DNA of 64,000 bases. It comes from a bacterium (GTDB lineage Bacteria > UBA10199 > 2-02-FULL-44-16 > JAAZCA01). The notes beneath the pieces are model-generated. The model made no database searches. It saw only the letters and a list, made by a program, of their open reading frames with translations, and was not told where the DNA came from. Position numbers and translations under genes: made by a program. Positions 23,458-33,895 of this stretch are shown in pieces (position 1 is the first letter of the stretch; each line of letters begins with the position of its first letter). The stretch covers positions 864,001 through 928,000 of the forward strand of contig CAXXGI010000003.1 in the NCBI GenBank assembly GCA_963674695.2. Direction: 5' to 3'.

Positions 23458-24087
23458 TCATTCTCCCTTCATCAGATCCTGCACGATCCCCTTGACCGCA
23501 CCATAATCGGCCGGCCCACCACCCTGTACCGACGGCCCACTCATCCCCGACGCCTTGACCGCCTTGAGCAGCCCCGGCGCCGCACGCCGTCCGGTGAAGA
23601 GGTGGCGATTCTTGGAACCGTTGATCACCGTCGCCTTGCCCGTGCCGTCTTTGAGGATCTGAAACTTTCCCTGGTTGAGGCCGATCGGCGCACGCAGGCC
23701 CCGGGCGTTCGTCTTCGAGAGGAAGAGCATGTCCTCTTCACCGACGCGATACTCCGGAGCGCCGATAAAATAGGGGACGTTATTCCGAAAGGATTCCGAT
23801 CGAGTCATGCCGAACTGGAGAAAGCTGAAGGGCCGTCCGACCGGGAGTTCCCCCTTGATCGAATCGGTCACATCGATGGTCACCTTCGTCGCCGGCACGC
23901 GGCCCAGCATGAGCGGCTCGGTCGAAACGATCGTACCGGAGATGACGATCTCGGCCTGATCGACGAGCGCCTGCATATCGACCGGCAGGACCTGATGCGC
24001 ACGCGCCAAACCGCTGACACCCAGGATCAGCAGCGCACAGGCCACAATCGTTTTAAAGAGAAGTTTCTTCACGAAATCATTATACAT
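23458..24087 (-). CDS. Exported hypothetical protein coupled to the metalloprotease
   Basis: Signal peptide; stop codon abuts next start. Confidence 0.7.
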   Translation of the reverse strand: MYNDFVKKLLFKTIVACALLILGVSGLARAHQVLPVDMQALVDQAEIVISGTIVSTEPLMLGRVPATKVTIDVTDSIKGELPVGRPFSFLQFGMTRSESFRNNVPYFIGAPEYRVGEEDMLFLSKTNARGLRAPIGLNQGKFQILKDGTGKATVINGSKNRHLFTGRRAAPGLLKAVKASGMSGPSVQGGGPADYGAVKGIVQDLMKGE

Positions 24088-24230
24088 GCAAAGAGTATAC
24101 CGAAATCAGGGGGTTATTGACAGGACCGAGACCGGCCTCAGGTCAAATCAAGGGCGCGAATGCGTTCACTCCCGGAGGGAAACGCTAGGCGGAAAACGAA
24201 AAACAGTCAATCAATTTCAAGCGTTACAAA

Positions 24231-24255
24231 AAAGGCCCCGCTCGCGCGGGGCCTG
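24231..24255 (-). terminator. Intrinsic terminator
   Basis: AGGCCCCGC-GCGA-GCGGGGCCT plus T-run on minus strand. Confidence 0.7.
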
Positions 24256-24281
24256 GAAGTGCAGTCACCGGAGAGGGATAC

Positions 24282-24845
24282 TCACTCCTCACCCTCTGCA
24301 TCCTCTTCTTCACCATCCTCTTCCGCCAATGCTTCTGGTTTTTCACCCTTGGTCAGCGTCAATGAATATTCGCCACAGGGCTCGCTCTCGTATCCTTCGC
24401 CCTCGGCAGCCGGTTCAAAGATCTCGCCGGTGCCTTCGATGGTCTGATCACCACCCGTGAAGTCAGCGCTGAAGGCGGAGAAGCTCAGATAATAGATGCG
24501 GCGTTCACCGGACGCATCGGCAAGAAAAGTCGCGGTATCGCCCTCGAGCGTTCCCGAAACCGTCTCCCCATCGTCGAAGGTGACGTTGACCGTATCGGCA
24601 CTGCGAAGGACGAGCATGCCGAAATCGACGCTGGAACCCTCTTCCGCCTCGATCGTCTCACAGGCGTTGGATTCGAGCGTCAAGGTCCCTTTAAAATAGG
24701 CCTCATAATTGACCGTACCCACACCCGGGTTCAGCAAAAACCCATCGCCATCACCATCGGGGGCGGACCCCTGTGAGCTGTCAAATGCAGCACACCCACT
24801 GATGCAGAGAATCGACAGGACAACGACCAGAATACGGCTTCCCAT
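24282..24845 (-). CDS. Acidic lipoprotein of unknown function
   Basis: Lipobox ISGC after hydrophobic stretch; AAGGAGG RBS. Confidence 0.72.
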   Translation of the reverse strand: MGSRILVVVLSILCISGCAAFDSSQGSAPDGDGDGFLLNPGVGTVNYEAYFKGTLTLESNACETIEAEEGSSVDFGMLVLRSADTVNVTFDDGETVSGTLEGDTATFLADASGERRIYYLSFSAFSADFTGGDQTIEGTGEIFEPAAEGEGYESEPCGEYSLTLTKGEKPEALAEEDGEEEDAEGEE

Positions 24846-25016
24846 AACCCCTCCTTTTGGGCGCTTCATCGCATGAAACACCAGACGAATAGGATACTGT
24901 TCCCTCCATAAAGGGTATCGTCAACTCGCCGTAAAAGTTGCGTACATTCGACAATATATTTAGTCAATATATATCAGGTGGTTACGACATTCCTTGATGG
25001 TGAGCAGGGGTGGGAA

Positions 25017-25817
25017 TTATGAAAGGTGGTGAATCAAAAATCGCCCACAGCGCTCACAGACATAGATCTGATGGGGATTGCGCAACAGCTCCGAAGCAAA
25101 CTTCGTGGAAAGCTGCATATTGCACCCACAACAGGACCCGCCCGTCGCCTCGACGAGGGCCTCGCCATAGAGATTGATCAGGCGATCGACGCGCGAGAGC
25201 ATGCTCTGCGGCAGCTCTGCGCGAGCCAGTTCAATCTGACGCGCGAGGTTCTTCGCCCCGGCGCAGCGCTTCGACTCGAGCAGCTGCAGCGTGATGAGCA
25301 TGTCGGCCTCGCACCGGCTGGGCTGCCCGGCGATCATGTCGATGCGCACATCGGCGAGAATATCCGCGATTCCCTTGGCCCCATCGGCCTCGATGAGCTG
25401 CGCCCGAAAGGCCGGGTCGGCCAGCTTTTTCACGAGCCCCGCGAAGAGGCGGTTGAAGAGCCCGGGCTGCTCTGGCTGCCAGAGGACGAGCACGATCAGA
25501 TGGACGGGATTCCCGTCCGGCGCATCGAAATCCAAACCCGCCGGGTGACGCCCAACGGCGATGGCCGGACCGTCACCCACCTCGATGCGAGCATGGGGAA
25601 TGGCCACGCCGTCGCCCAGCGCCGTGGAGAGCAATTCCTCCCGCTCCATGACGCGCGCACCCGCCTCGGATTTATTGGCGACGCGCTTCTGCTGATAGAG
25701 GCAATCCACGAGGTCGTCGATCGCGGCCTTCTTGGAACGGTTGCTCATCTCGGGCAACACCTGTTTGGAGGAGAAAAACTCGGAGAGGGAGACTTCCTTC
25801 TGAAATGCCGACGACAT
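25017..25817 (-). CDS. PTS EIIA (Ntr/Fru-type) domain fused to C4 zinc ribbon
   Basis: EREELLSTALGDGVAIPHAR, DFDAPDG; C-terminal CCGC...CERCGRFL. Confidence 0.82.
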   Translation of the reverse strand: MSSAFQKEVSLSEFFSSKQVLPEMSNRSKKAAIDDLVDCLYQQKRVANKSEAGARVMEREELLSTALGDGVAIPHARIEVGDGPAIAVGRHPAGLDFDAPDGNPVHLIVLVLWQPEQPGLFNRLFAGLVKKLADPAFRAQLIEADGAKGIADILADVRIDMIAGQPSRCEADMLITLQLLESKRCAGAKNLARQIELARAELPQSMLSRVDRLINLYGEALVEATGGSCCGCNMQLSTKFASELLRNPHQIYVCERCGRFLIHHLS

Positions 25818-26072
25818 GACATCGCTCCTTTTTGGTGATCGTGACGATCTGTAATGGATATGAGAGCGCGTTCATACGGATGCCCCCCTGCCCCGTCAAG
25901 GGGAGAAGCAGCAAATGCACAAAAAAACCGACTTTTCCGGGGAAAGAACGTGCTATTTCTATCACCGCGAAGAGAACACCCCACCGATCCGATAATTTAA
26001 AATTGCACGCAACTTTTTTCGACAACCCGCGATAAGGGGAGGTTCACGATCACTCTTGAAAGGAGTCTTCAC

Positions 26073-26909
26073 ATGAAGCATCGCATTTCGCTCGTCGTCG
26101 CCATCGTCATCATGGCGGCACATCTCGTCTCTTGCAGCAAGGGCAGCACGGCAACCGAACTCAATACGAGTGTCGACACCACCGGAACCATGGTACCGCG
26201 CGCCGCACTCATCGATGTCCTGTGGAACAAGACCGACGATCCGGATACGAGCGCGCTCTGTCTGGCGGAATCGAGCTTCACCCTCGACGCCAACAACAGC
26301 ACCTCCATCATGAAAAATCCCGGCACGCTCGAGGCAAACTTCGCACAGGCCATCGCGGTATCGACCCTCACCCTCATCTTCAACGATGCCGAAACCGATG
26401 GCCGCGGTGTCGATTGCCCTGATGGCGAGCTGCAATTCTTTGTGACCGCCAGCGAGGAATCGCCGATCGACATTGAATCATCGCCCGAGATCGCCTCGCG
26501 CCATTCACTGGCCAACATGGCCGGCGACTCCCCCACGACCTATCCGGAAACGTGTGCCGTCACCGCACACTTCGAGATTCAGAGTTCGGAGGAGTGCCTC
26601 CCCGAAGAGGTGGAACCCGTCGGCCCACCCGCCGTCGACGAAGAGATCTCCGACGAAACGATCGTCGCCATGGACATGAGCGCTGATGCGGATGAAGAGG
26701 TGACCGAGACGGAGGAAGAGGAAGTCGACGCAGACACAGAGGAAGAGGTATCTGAGGAGACCGCAGAAGAGGATCCCGTCGAAGAAGAGGTGGCTGAAGA
26801 AGAGGTGGTTGAAGAAGAGGAATCGGACGTGCAGGACATGCCGGAAACCAATCCCGGCTGCATCGAAACGATCAAGATCGTCGTCGATGAATTCAACTGT
26901 GTGCAGTGA
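26073..26909 (+). CDS. Lipoprotein with Glu-rich low-complexity insert
   Basis: Lipobox LVSC; long EEE-rich stretch. Confidence 0.72.
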   Translation: MKHRISLVVAIVIMAAHLVSCSKGSTATELNTSVDTTGTMVPRAALIDVLWNKTDDPDTSALCLAESSFTLDANNSTSIMKNPGTLEANFAQAIAVSTLTLIFNDAETDGRGVDCPDGELQFFVTASEESPIDIESSPEIASRHSLANMAGDSPTTYPETCAVTAHFEIQSSEECLPEEVEPVGPPAVDEEISDETIVAMDMSADADEEVTETEEEEVDADTEEEVSEETAEEDPVEEEVAEEEVVEEEESDVQDMPETNPGCIETIKIVVDEFNCVQ

Positions 26910-26970
26910 CGACGAGAACACATCCAGAAACCAAAAGGCCCGGAGCAATCCGGGCCTTTTCAGTCTGAAG

Positions 26971-27073
26971 TTTGTCATTCCCGCGAAAGCGGGAATCTCG
27001 CTTTTTACGGCACATCGAGATCCCCGCTGGAGCCTGCCCTCGAATGATTGAATCGGGGGCGGGGATGACAAAA
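26971..27073. repeat. REP-like double-hairpin element, copy C
   Basis: TTTGTCATTCCCGCGAAAGCGGGAATCTCG...CGAGATCCCCGC[insert]GCGGGGATGACAAA; flanked by AAGGCCCGG-n-CCGGGCCTTTT hairpins at ~26933 and ~27096. Confidence 0.85.
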
Positions 27074-27119
27074 ACACACGTTTGCCATCACCATCAAGGC
27101 CCGGGATCATCCGGGCCTT

Positions 27120-27776
27120 TTATTTATTCGCCGTCCCGCGGGTGACGCGGCGTGCAGCGGGCTTCCAACCCCATGCGCGGAGGGGCCCGGTATCGACATG
27201 CACGAAGCGGCGAGAGCCGTAGTAGCCCACCCCGCCCCCCTGAAGCGTATAGGCAAAATCTCGAATCCGTCTCGGCGAGACGCCATCGATCTCGATGTCA
27301 GCCGCACGTCCCTCCATGTGCAAACTCTTCTTGGCCACGCGCCGCCCGCGCCCACGCATGACGTGATTGCGCAGCGGACTGCGATAGGCGGAGACGAGTT
27401 TGAGTTCACGGGCACCGAAATGGTCCTCAATGGCGTCGAGCATCTCGATGAGCCCCTCGTCGATCGGATGCACCTCGTCGGTCAGACGGCAGCGAAAGAA
27501 ATGGGCGATCTCCTCAAAGACCGCAGGGTCATAGCGCCCATCCTCGGTGCGATAGCGAAACGTCTGGCGCTCCTGCTTGACCGGCCGAAAGAGGGTCACC
27601 ACCCCATCACCGCGCTCGGACGCAACGCTCCCCATCGGCGCAGCCTGTGCTGCTGTCGCCGTCAAAAGCCCCACCCCTGCCAGGAAGACCAGTCGTCGAA
27701 TGATGCGCAGATGAACCATACGGCCCCAGAATAGGGGTTTAGCACCCAATGTCAAGACATGGCTCGCCTCCACCAT
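27120..27776 (-). CDS. YcbK/DUF882 family peptidase M15-like protein
   Basis: VSAYRSP, VAKKSLHMEGRAADI, GGVGYY, FVHVDTG; start uncertain. Confidence 0.88.
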   Translation of the reverse strand: MVEASHVLTLGAKPLFWGRMVHLRIIRRLVFLAGVGLLTATAAQAAPMGSVASERGDGVVTLFRPVKQERQTFRYRTEDGRYDPAVFEEIAHFFRCRLTDEVHPIDEGLIEMLDAIEDHFGARELKLVSAYRSPLRNHVMRGRGRRVAKKSLHMEGRAADIEIDGVSPRRIRDFAYTLQGGGVGYYGSRRFVHVDTGPLRAWGWKPAARRVTRGTANK

Positions 27777-27918
27777 CTCCCCGCCAATGAATGATCGGTT
27801 CACCTTTTTTGCGACATTTCTAAACACCAGGAAACATCCTCCCCTTTTCTGCCGATAATAGCAGTGCACGCCAAAAGGACACGGGAGGGTTCCCCATGTT
27901 TCATAATGCGATCACTCT

Positions 27919-28935
27919 ATGACCGATGCGATTTTCCTATCGCGCATCCCCGCATGCGCACGGCTTCTGGACGAGGCCACCCCCGTGGCGGAGTGGCTTG
28001 CGAACCTCAATCGCGAAGCCGATGGCGGCGTCTCCGACGATCGCTTCACGGAAGACAACTTCAACGATGCCCGAAGAAACAACCCGCTCGCAAAGGATTT
28101 GAAACGCTTTCGACACTTCCGCGACTTTCGTGCTTTTCTGGAACAATTCGTGGAAAGCCAGCGCTGCACCCCTGCCTGTCGCAAAGAGCACGAACGCGAT
28201 CGCCCAGAGCTGACCGACCGACCGCCTCCAATCTGTATCGCACCGCCAACACCTGAGCTTCCACAGATACCAAGGCGACCCCGGCCAAAACCAAAACCGG
28301 ATATCTCGATGTTTCACACCAATACGCCTAAGTGGTACGATGAACCATCGCCGGAACGCGCGAAGACTGTGCGCCCGCCCGCGGCAATTATTCCGGACAT
28401 GGAGGAGCTGTTCGTGCAGGCCCATCCCCTGCCCGGATCGGATGCCCTGGATCATTCGACGCTCGCGGGCGCCACGAGTCCGGTGATGAATATCAGCTAT
28501 GACGGACGGGACGTCGTCCTGCGCGCACACGGATGCTATATAAACAATGAAGACAGCGATCGATGTGTAGCACCGTGGTCCTTCTTCTCTCTCGAACTGC
28601 AGAATGAAACTCGCAACAACCGGCAGCGCCGCCGGGCCGACGCCAACGGAGACGCCGTCATCCACGTCCCCGCCGAACCCGGAGATCGCATCAGCGTGCA
28701 CGGCACGGATGCAACCACCGGACGCCCATCGCTCAATCGGATGTTCTTTCGGATCACCCAACAGAAGACCATGGAGATGACGGGTGAAGTCCGCTCGCAT
28801 CTCGACGATCCCAGCCCTCTCGATGAGATGAATGCCCTGATGGGAGAAGCGATCTGCATCGACAGAAATTGCGTGCCCGCCTTCGATCTGTTGGCGCTCT
28901 TCGACTTCATCCGAAAACGGATAAAAGGAGATTAA
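27919..28935 (+). CDS. Hypothetical protein
   Basis: 338-aa ORF with Pro-rich linker; abuts next gene. Confidence 0.65.
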   Translation: MTDAIFLSRIPACARLLDEATPVAEWLANLNREADGGVSDDRFTEDNFNDARRNNPLAKDLKRFRHFRDFRAFLEQFVESQRCTPACRKEHERDRPELTDRPPPICIAPPTPELPQIPRRPRPKPKPDISMFHTNTPKWYDEPSPERAKTVRPPAAIIPDMEELFVQAHPLPGSDALDHSTLAGATSPVMNISYDGRDVVLRAHGCYINNEDSDRCVAPWSFFSLELQNETRNNRQRRRADANGDAVIHVPAEPGDRISVHGTDATTGRPSLNRMFFRITQQKTMEMTGEVRSHLDDPSPLDEMNALMGEAICIDRNCVPAFDLLALFDFIRKRIKGD

Positions 28936-28937
28936 GG

Positions 28938-31724
28938 ATGAGTGATAAGATAAAAATGGCGGATATCAATGCCGACGGATATATCGATCGCATCGGGTAT
29001 GACTGCGAAGTTTCCGAGCGGGAGCTCAACTCATGCTTCGCCACGCAGGTTGAATTCGGCCTCGAAGGCGGAGAGTTCCTTCCCCTCTTCGACGCGGAAA
29101 GCATCGAGGAGAATGCGCCGATCGAAGCGGGAGATGAAATCATCAGCTCGCCGACATCGATTCTGCGCTCGGTGCTAAACGGCTACAGCGACATGGAGCC
29201 AGGGCTCGAAGAGATCGATGCATTTGCAGGCGATGAAACCGATGGGCGCAAACCGCTCTCGACCGACGAGATCATCGATCTCTGCCGCGAGAGGGCACCC
29301 GGCGATTACGACTGCGAGGCGATGGCCATCTCCGGCCCCGAGGATCATATCTATCAGCCGCGCGACATCCGCCGCTATTTCTCCGACGAAATCGTCGAGC
29401 TCTGTCGTGAACGGATCGAAGATGGCGCGAAGCAGGACTCCTGCATCGAAGAGGCCAAGCACGCCCCTGATCGACACGTCTTTCAACCGATGAGCTTGCG
29501 CCATCGATCGATGGATGAACTCATCGCCATCTGCAGGGAGGTAGAACCGACGCGGGGGATGGTCTCGGCCTGCATCAAGGCGGCGAAGGAAGATCCGACC
29601 GGTCATCGCCATCAGCGCGACGTCATTCCGGCCGGCATGCTGCGATGCAAATCGGGGGTTGTTCGCGCCCGCGATGTGATCACGCACCCCGACGCCCTGC
29701 TCCACCGGCCGCACGAACTCTATGCGCCGATTCACCTCGATCGCGACACGGAACAGGGCCACCACCTGCGCGCAAACGTCATCGCGCGCGCGCAGGCGGG
29801 AACGTCGAACGATGTGCGCGAATACGTCTACGCCTATTTCGAGAGAGCGATCGACGATGCGGCGCTGGCCTCAAGGCTGGCCGAGCGCTGGATGTCGATC
29901 ACCCCGGCGGATCTGGCCTTCGACCGTAAGACGGTCAAAAAACTCGCCCAGCACCCGGATCCGAAGGAAAGAGCGCGCTTCGTCGCCACCTATACCAAGT
30001 TCGATCCGTCAACACTCATCCTCGCCCTCTCGAAAAAACACGAAACGCTTGCCCAGGCCATCATGGGCACCGAAGCATTCCCCTCAGAGGAGAACGGCTA
30101 TCCACTGCTCATCACCACGCAAGCGCGCGCGGACGCGCTCATCCTCTCCGGCATTGCCGAACTCGACACCTTTCGTCGACGCTCCGCATTTCGGCAACTG
30201 GCGCGCAACGAGATCAAGCGCCGCCTGATCATCGACCGCTACGCCGAGAAGCATCCCATCGACTTCGCGGTGTGGGCGACAAACTTCCTGGGCGAACCGG
30301 AATCAAACGCCGTGGCTATAACCGACAACCAGACGGTCCGGAGGCATACCCATCTGCGCCTGGCAGCCATCGTCCAAGACCCGAAGTTCACCGACGCGCT
30401 GTTCGCGGCGTTTCACGAACGCTTCATCGGCGACATCGACGCATTTCGGATGAAGGGCACGGGGCAGCGCAAGCGCCTGTCGACGGCTGAGCTCAATCTC
30501 TACGCCAATCTCATCACCATGGCCCAAAAGGCACCACAGATTCCGAATGCCGAAACGCTGATGACCATCGGCGACAACGACGTTCGAACGATCCCCATCG
30601 TCCTGTTCGCCTTGGCCAAGAAAGGCGAGCGAACGAAGGCAATCCAGGCCTTCGTGTGCCGTCACCTGCGCCCCCCGATCGGCACGATCGAAAATGTGCC
30701 CATGCTCGCAAGCGCACAGCTCCTCGAACCCAGCGATGCCGTCGACCGGTTACAGCCATTCCTCGACTCCCCCGAACCGCTCGTGCGTCTGAACACGTAC
30801 GGAATGCTCATCGCCATACCCAAACAGGATGAGGCGCTCTCTGCCCTCATCGCCAACGGCGTCTCCGATTCCGATCTGCGCATTCAGGCGATGACGGCCA
30901 ACGCCCTGTTCGAACGAGGCGATGCTCGCGTGGCGAAACGACTGTTCAATGAGGTGCTCGCCCCTTACGCCGCTCGCACGCCATCGCACGCCCCATTTCG
31001 AAGCAGCATCTTCGACCCCGTCCTGAGACAGCGCGACCTCATCCACGCGCAGAAGATCAACACCCCCATCATAAAGGATCCGAACGCGTCCGAGGAGACG
31101 GCACCGACGCTCAAGCAGTTCGCCCTCTTCGCCATCGCTCGTTTCGGGCAACCCCAGGAAGCCATTGACGCCGTCATCGAGCTGCTCGAAACGGAAACAG
31201 ATGATATCGATCTCACCTTGAGCGCACAGGCACTGATCGCACTCGAGGGAATCACCGGGCTTGAACGCGTCCTGGACCAAATCGATGCGCGCGCCGCTCC
31301 GGGAGATCTCATCCGGATGGCCAGCGGCGCAGCCGTCCAGCTCAATGCCACGCACCTGGCTCCGCGTCTCTTCCCGCATCTGCAGCACAAAGAGAGCGAT
31401 GTGCGCAACACGGTCGCACAGAATTTACACGCCCTCGACGGAGAGCGCATCCTGGCCGCACTGCTCGAACACAGCACGAACAAGAACGCGCGCAAGCGCC
31501 GTCATTACGCGGAGGCCCTGGGCGCCTTCGATGGCCCCGAGTCGACCGCGCGGCTCATCGAGATGCTCGACGACCGCTCTCGGCGCGTGCGCTACGCAGC
31601 CGGCGGCGCGCTCAAGCGGATCTCCGATCCGAAGGCGATCGAAATGATCAATGCGTATGTCGAGGCAAACCCGAAAAAAGCACGCTACCTCCGCGCCCAC
31701 TCGCGCCGGACGGCAAAACGATAG
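28938..31724 (+). CDS. Large protein with C-terminal HEAT repeats
   Basis: VRNTVAQNL, RRHYAEALG, VRYAAGGAL; N-terminal DINADG and Cys-containing repeats. Confidence 0.75.
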   Translation: MSDKIKMADINADGYIDRIGYDCEVSERELNSCFATQVEFGLEGGEFLPLFDAESIEENAPIEAGDEIISSPTSILRSVLNGYSDMEPGLEEIDAFAGDETDGRKPLSTDEIIDLCRERAPGDYDCEAMAISGPEDHIYQPRDIRRYFSDEIVELCRERIEDGAKQDSCIEEAKHAPDRHVFQPMSLRHRSMDELIAICREVEPTRGMVSACIKAAKEDPTGHRHQRDVIPAGMLRCKSGVVRARDVITHPDALLHRPHELYAPIHLDRDTEQGHHLRANVIARAQAGTSNDVREYVYAYFERAIDDAALASRLAERWMSITPADLAFDRKTVKKLAQHPDPKERARFVATYTKFDPSTLILALSKKHETLAQAIMGTEAFPSEENGYPLLITTQARADALILSGIAELDTFRRRSAFRQLARNEIKRRLIIDRYAEKHPIDFAVWATNFLGEPESNAVAITDNQTVRRHTHLRLAAIVQDPKFTDALFAAFHERFIGDIDAFRMKGTGQRKRLSTAELNLYANLITMAQKAPQIPNAETLMTIGDNDVRTIPIVLFALAKKGERTKAIQAFVCRHLRPPIGTIENVPMLASAQLLEPSDAVDRLQPFLDSPEPLVRLNTYGMLIAIPKQDEALSALIANGVSDSDLRIQAMTANALFERGDARVAKRLFNEVLAPYAARTPSHAPFRSSIFDPVLRQRDLIHAQKINTPIIKDPNASEETAPTLKQFALFAIARFGQPQEAIDAVIELLETETDDIDLTLSAQALIALEGITGLERVLDQIDARAAPGDLIRMASGAAVQLNATHLAPRLFPHLQHKESDVRNTVAQNLHALDGERILAALLEHSTNKNARKRRHYAEALGAFDGPESTARLIEMLDDRSRRVRYAAGGALKRISDPKAIEMINAYVEANPKKARYLRAHSRRTAKR

Positions 31725-31732
31725 GACGCACA

Positions 31733-32422
31733 CTATGACGAGGGATGGCGAGCCTTGGACTCGTTCAGGTGCATGCCGACCAGGCGCGCGACCATGACGG
31801 CGAGATAGAGCGGACCGATGAGCGCCTCAAAGATGGCCAACAGGCGCGTGAAGGGATGGGTGGCAACCATGTCACCAAAACCGGTGGTCGTGAGCGTGGT
31901 GTAGCTGAAGTAGAGATAGTCGCGAAAGTCCTCGAGCGAGTGGAGCGTGCCACCCCGCAGATCGAATGCACCCGGGAGAAAGAGCGCCACCCCGCCATAG
32001 ATGAAGGCGAAGAACATCCCGATGAGCAGATAGGCACAGATACTCCCAACGATGCGATCGGCGACGGCACGGTCGGAGATGAGCACATCACGCATGATCG
32101 AGTGAATGGCGATGAACACGAACGCGGCGTAGGCAAAGGCCGTGACGATGAGGCTCCCCTCGATGGTCTCGATCGGAATGCCGGGTATGGCCCAGAGAAA
32201 GCCGCCGATCACCGCCGCCGCCCCACAGATGATCGCGAATACCTTCGGCCGCCGCCGTTTGCGAATGGCGTGGATGACCGAACCGAAGACGGCAAACATA
32301 CAGATGACAAAGAGGATATAGAGAACCGGATTCTGCTCCATGAACGTGGCCAGAACGAGCAAGACCACCTGCGCGGCGAGGATACTCCAATACCGATAGC
32401 GATGGGAACTCCGTTCGGACAT
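31733..32422 (-). CDS. Potassium channel family protein
   Basis: Pore helix and filter YFSYTTLTTTGFGD; multiple TM segments. Confidence 0.85.
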   Translation of the reverse strand: MSERSSHRYRYWSILAAQVVLLVLATFMEQNPVLYILFVICMFAVFGSVIHAIRKRRRPKVFAIICGAAAVIGGFLWAIPGIPIETIEGSLIVTAFAYAAFVFIAIHSIMRDVLISDRAVADRIVGSICAYLLIGMFFAFIYGGVALFLPGAFDLRGGTLHSLEDFRDYLYFSYTTLTTTGFGDMVATHPFTRLLAIFEALIGPLYLAVMVARLVGMHLNESKARHPSS

Positions 32423-32423
32423 A

Positions 32424-32822
32424 TCAGGCATCATCCCGAAACTTGAGGTAATCGCCGCGCATGACCTTTTCGACCCCCTCGATGAGCTCGTCCTTGCCGA
32501 AGGGCTTGTAGAGGTAGATCTCAATCCCGCCGGCGCTCAGAAAACGATTGAGCCGCTGCGCGGAGGGAGAGGCCGAGATCGCCACGATGCGCGCATGCGG
32601 CTTTGCCTCCTTGATCTTCTCGCACGCCTCAGCGCCGTCCATCTGCGGCATGATCAGGTCCATGAGAATGACATCGTAGTCCTTTTCCGCAACGCGCGTG
32701 ACGGCTTCCTCGCCGGAAGAGGCCGCCTCGACCTCATACCCCGCATCGGTGAGGACAAGCTTGACCCCATCACAGACGCTCGGCTCGTCATCGACAACTA
32801 AAATGGTCTTTTTCTCCGCCAT
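32424..32822 (-). CDS. Single-domain response regulator
   Basis: ILVVDDE, LMDLIMP, ISA, KPF. Confidence 0.9.
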   Translation of the reverse strand: MAEKKTILVVDDEPSVCDGVKLVLTDAGYEVEAASSGEEAVTRVAEKDYDVILMDLIMPQMDGAEACEKIKEAKPHARIVAISASPSAQRLNRFLSAGGIEIYLYKPFGKDELIEGVEKVMRGDYLKFRDDA

Positions 32823-32917
32823 CTGGCCTCCTGTTGAGAATCATACCACAAATACTGTCATCTCGATATCCCGTTTGCGCCCCTTTTGCAATCCCCATTA
32901 TGCATGTGGATACATTT

Positions 32918-33895
32918 CTATCCCGCATACCGGGGCGACCGACCCTGCTCCTCCAAAAGCGCATTGATTTCTCGCTTGAGCTCGATGATGCGCATCTCTC
33001 GACCGATCGCCATATGGTTGACCATTTCGATATCCTTGGTCTTTTGTTCAAACGCCTCCTGCGCCTCATGTTCCCGGGTGATATCGATCACAATCCCCTG
33101 ATAATGCGTCACCACCCCGGACGGATCGCGCCGAATCCAGGTGCGATCATCGATCCAACGCAGCTGTCCGTCTTGTGTCAGAATCCGATAGACCTGGGAG
33201 AAGTCTCGATCACCGGAATCCGTATGTTTTCGCACATCATCGCCCACGTGTTCCCGATCATCCGGATGAATCACATCGACGTAGGAGATGCGTCCCGACA
33301 GAAAATCATCGGGTTCATACCCAAACTGCCGCACGTTCTCGGTGACATATTCAACAGGCCATCCCTCGGCCGCGCGCCAGAGAAATGCCACCGCGGGACT
33401 GTTCACGACAATGAACTCCAACTTCTCTCGCCGCTCGCTCTCGCGCTGTAATCGATCCTGGATCTGCTTGATCTCCGTCAGATCCACGATGATCCCCCGC
33501 AGACCGATGATCTTTCCATTGCGCTCAATCGGATTGGACGAGATCATGACGGGAAACGTTTCCCCGTCCTTGCGCTGGGCGAGATAGGAATCGGGTTTTC
33601 GCAGCTCTCCCGAGAAGACGCGTTTGATGTTTTCCTCCCCGCGCGCCCGCTCTGCGGGAGCGAGCATCTGAACGGCGTTCACCCCGCGAGCAAAATCGTC
33701 TTCACTATACCCAAAAACCGTGTAGGCGTTTCTGTTGACGAACGTCAGTCGCCCCGTCGCATCCATCTCGAAGACGACTTGCGGCAGAAGGTCGGCAAGA
33801 TCGTGAAAACGACGCTCGCTCTCGGCATGGACGCGACCTGCCTGCACCTCGTTCGACGACGCCCGTGATTTCGCTGAATGATCTTCACCCCTCAT
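32918..33895 (-). CDS. PAS-PAS protein without kinase domain
   Basis: Two PAS/PAC units (VDLTE, IHPDDRE, IDITR); coiled-coil tail. Confidence 0.85.
   Translation of the reverse strand: MRGEDHSAKSRASSNEVQAGRVHAESERRFHDLADLLPQVVFEMDATGRLTFVNRNAYTVFGYSEDDFARGVNAVQMLAPAERARGEENIKRVFSGELRKPDSYLAQRKDGETFPVMISSNPIERNGKIIGLRGIIVDLTEIKQIQDRLQRESERREKLEFIVVNSPAVAFLWRAAEGWPVEYVTENVRQFGYEPDDFLSGRISYVDVIHPDDREHVGDDVRKHTDSGDRDFSQVYRILTQDGQLRWIDDRTWIRRDPSGVVTHYQGIVIDITREHEAQEAFEQKTKDIEMVNHMAIGREMRIIELKREINALLEEQGRSPRYAG

Noticed and set aside
26630-26830. GAAGAG-rich repeats
   Set aside because: Codon-phase repeats encoding a Glu-rich linker
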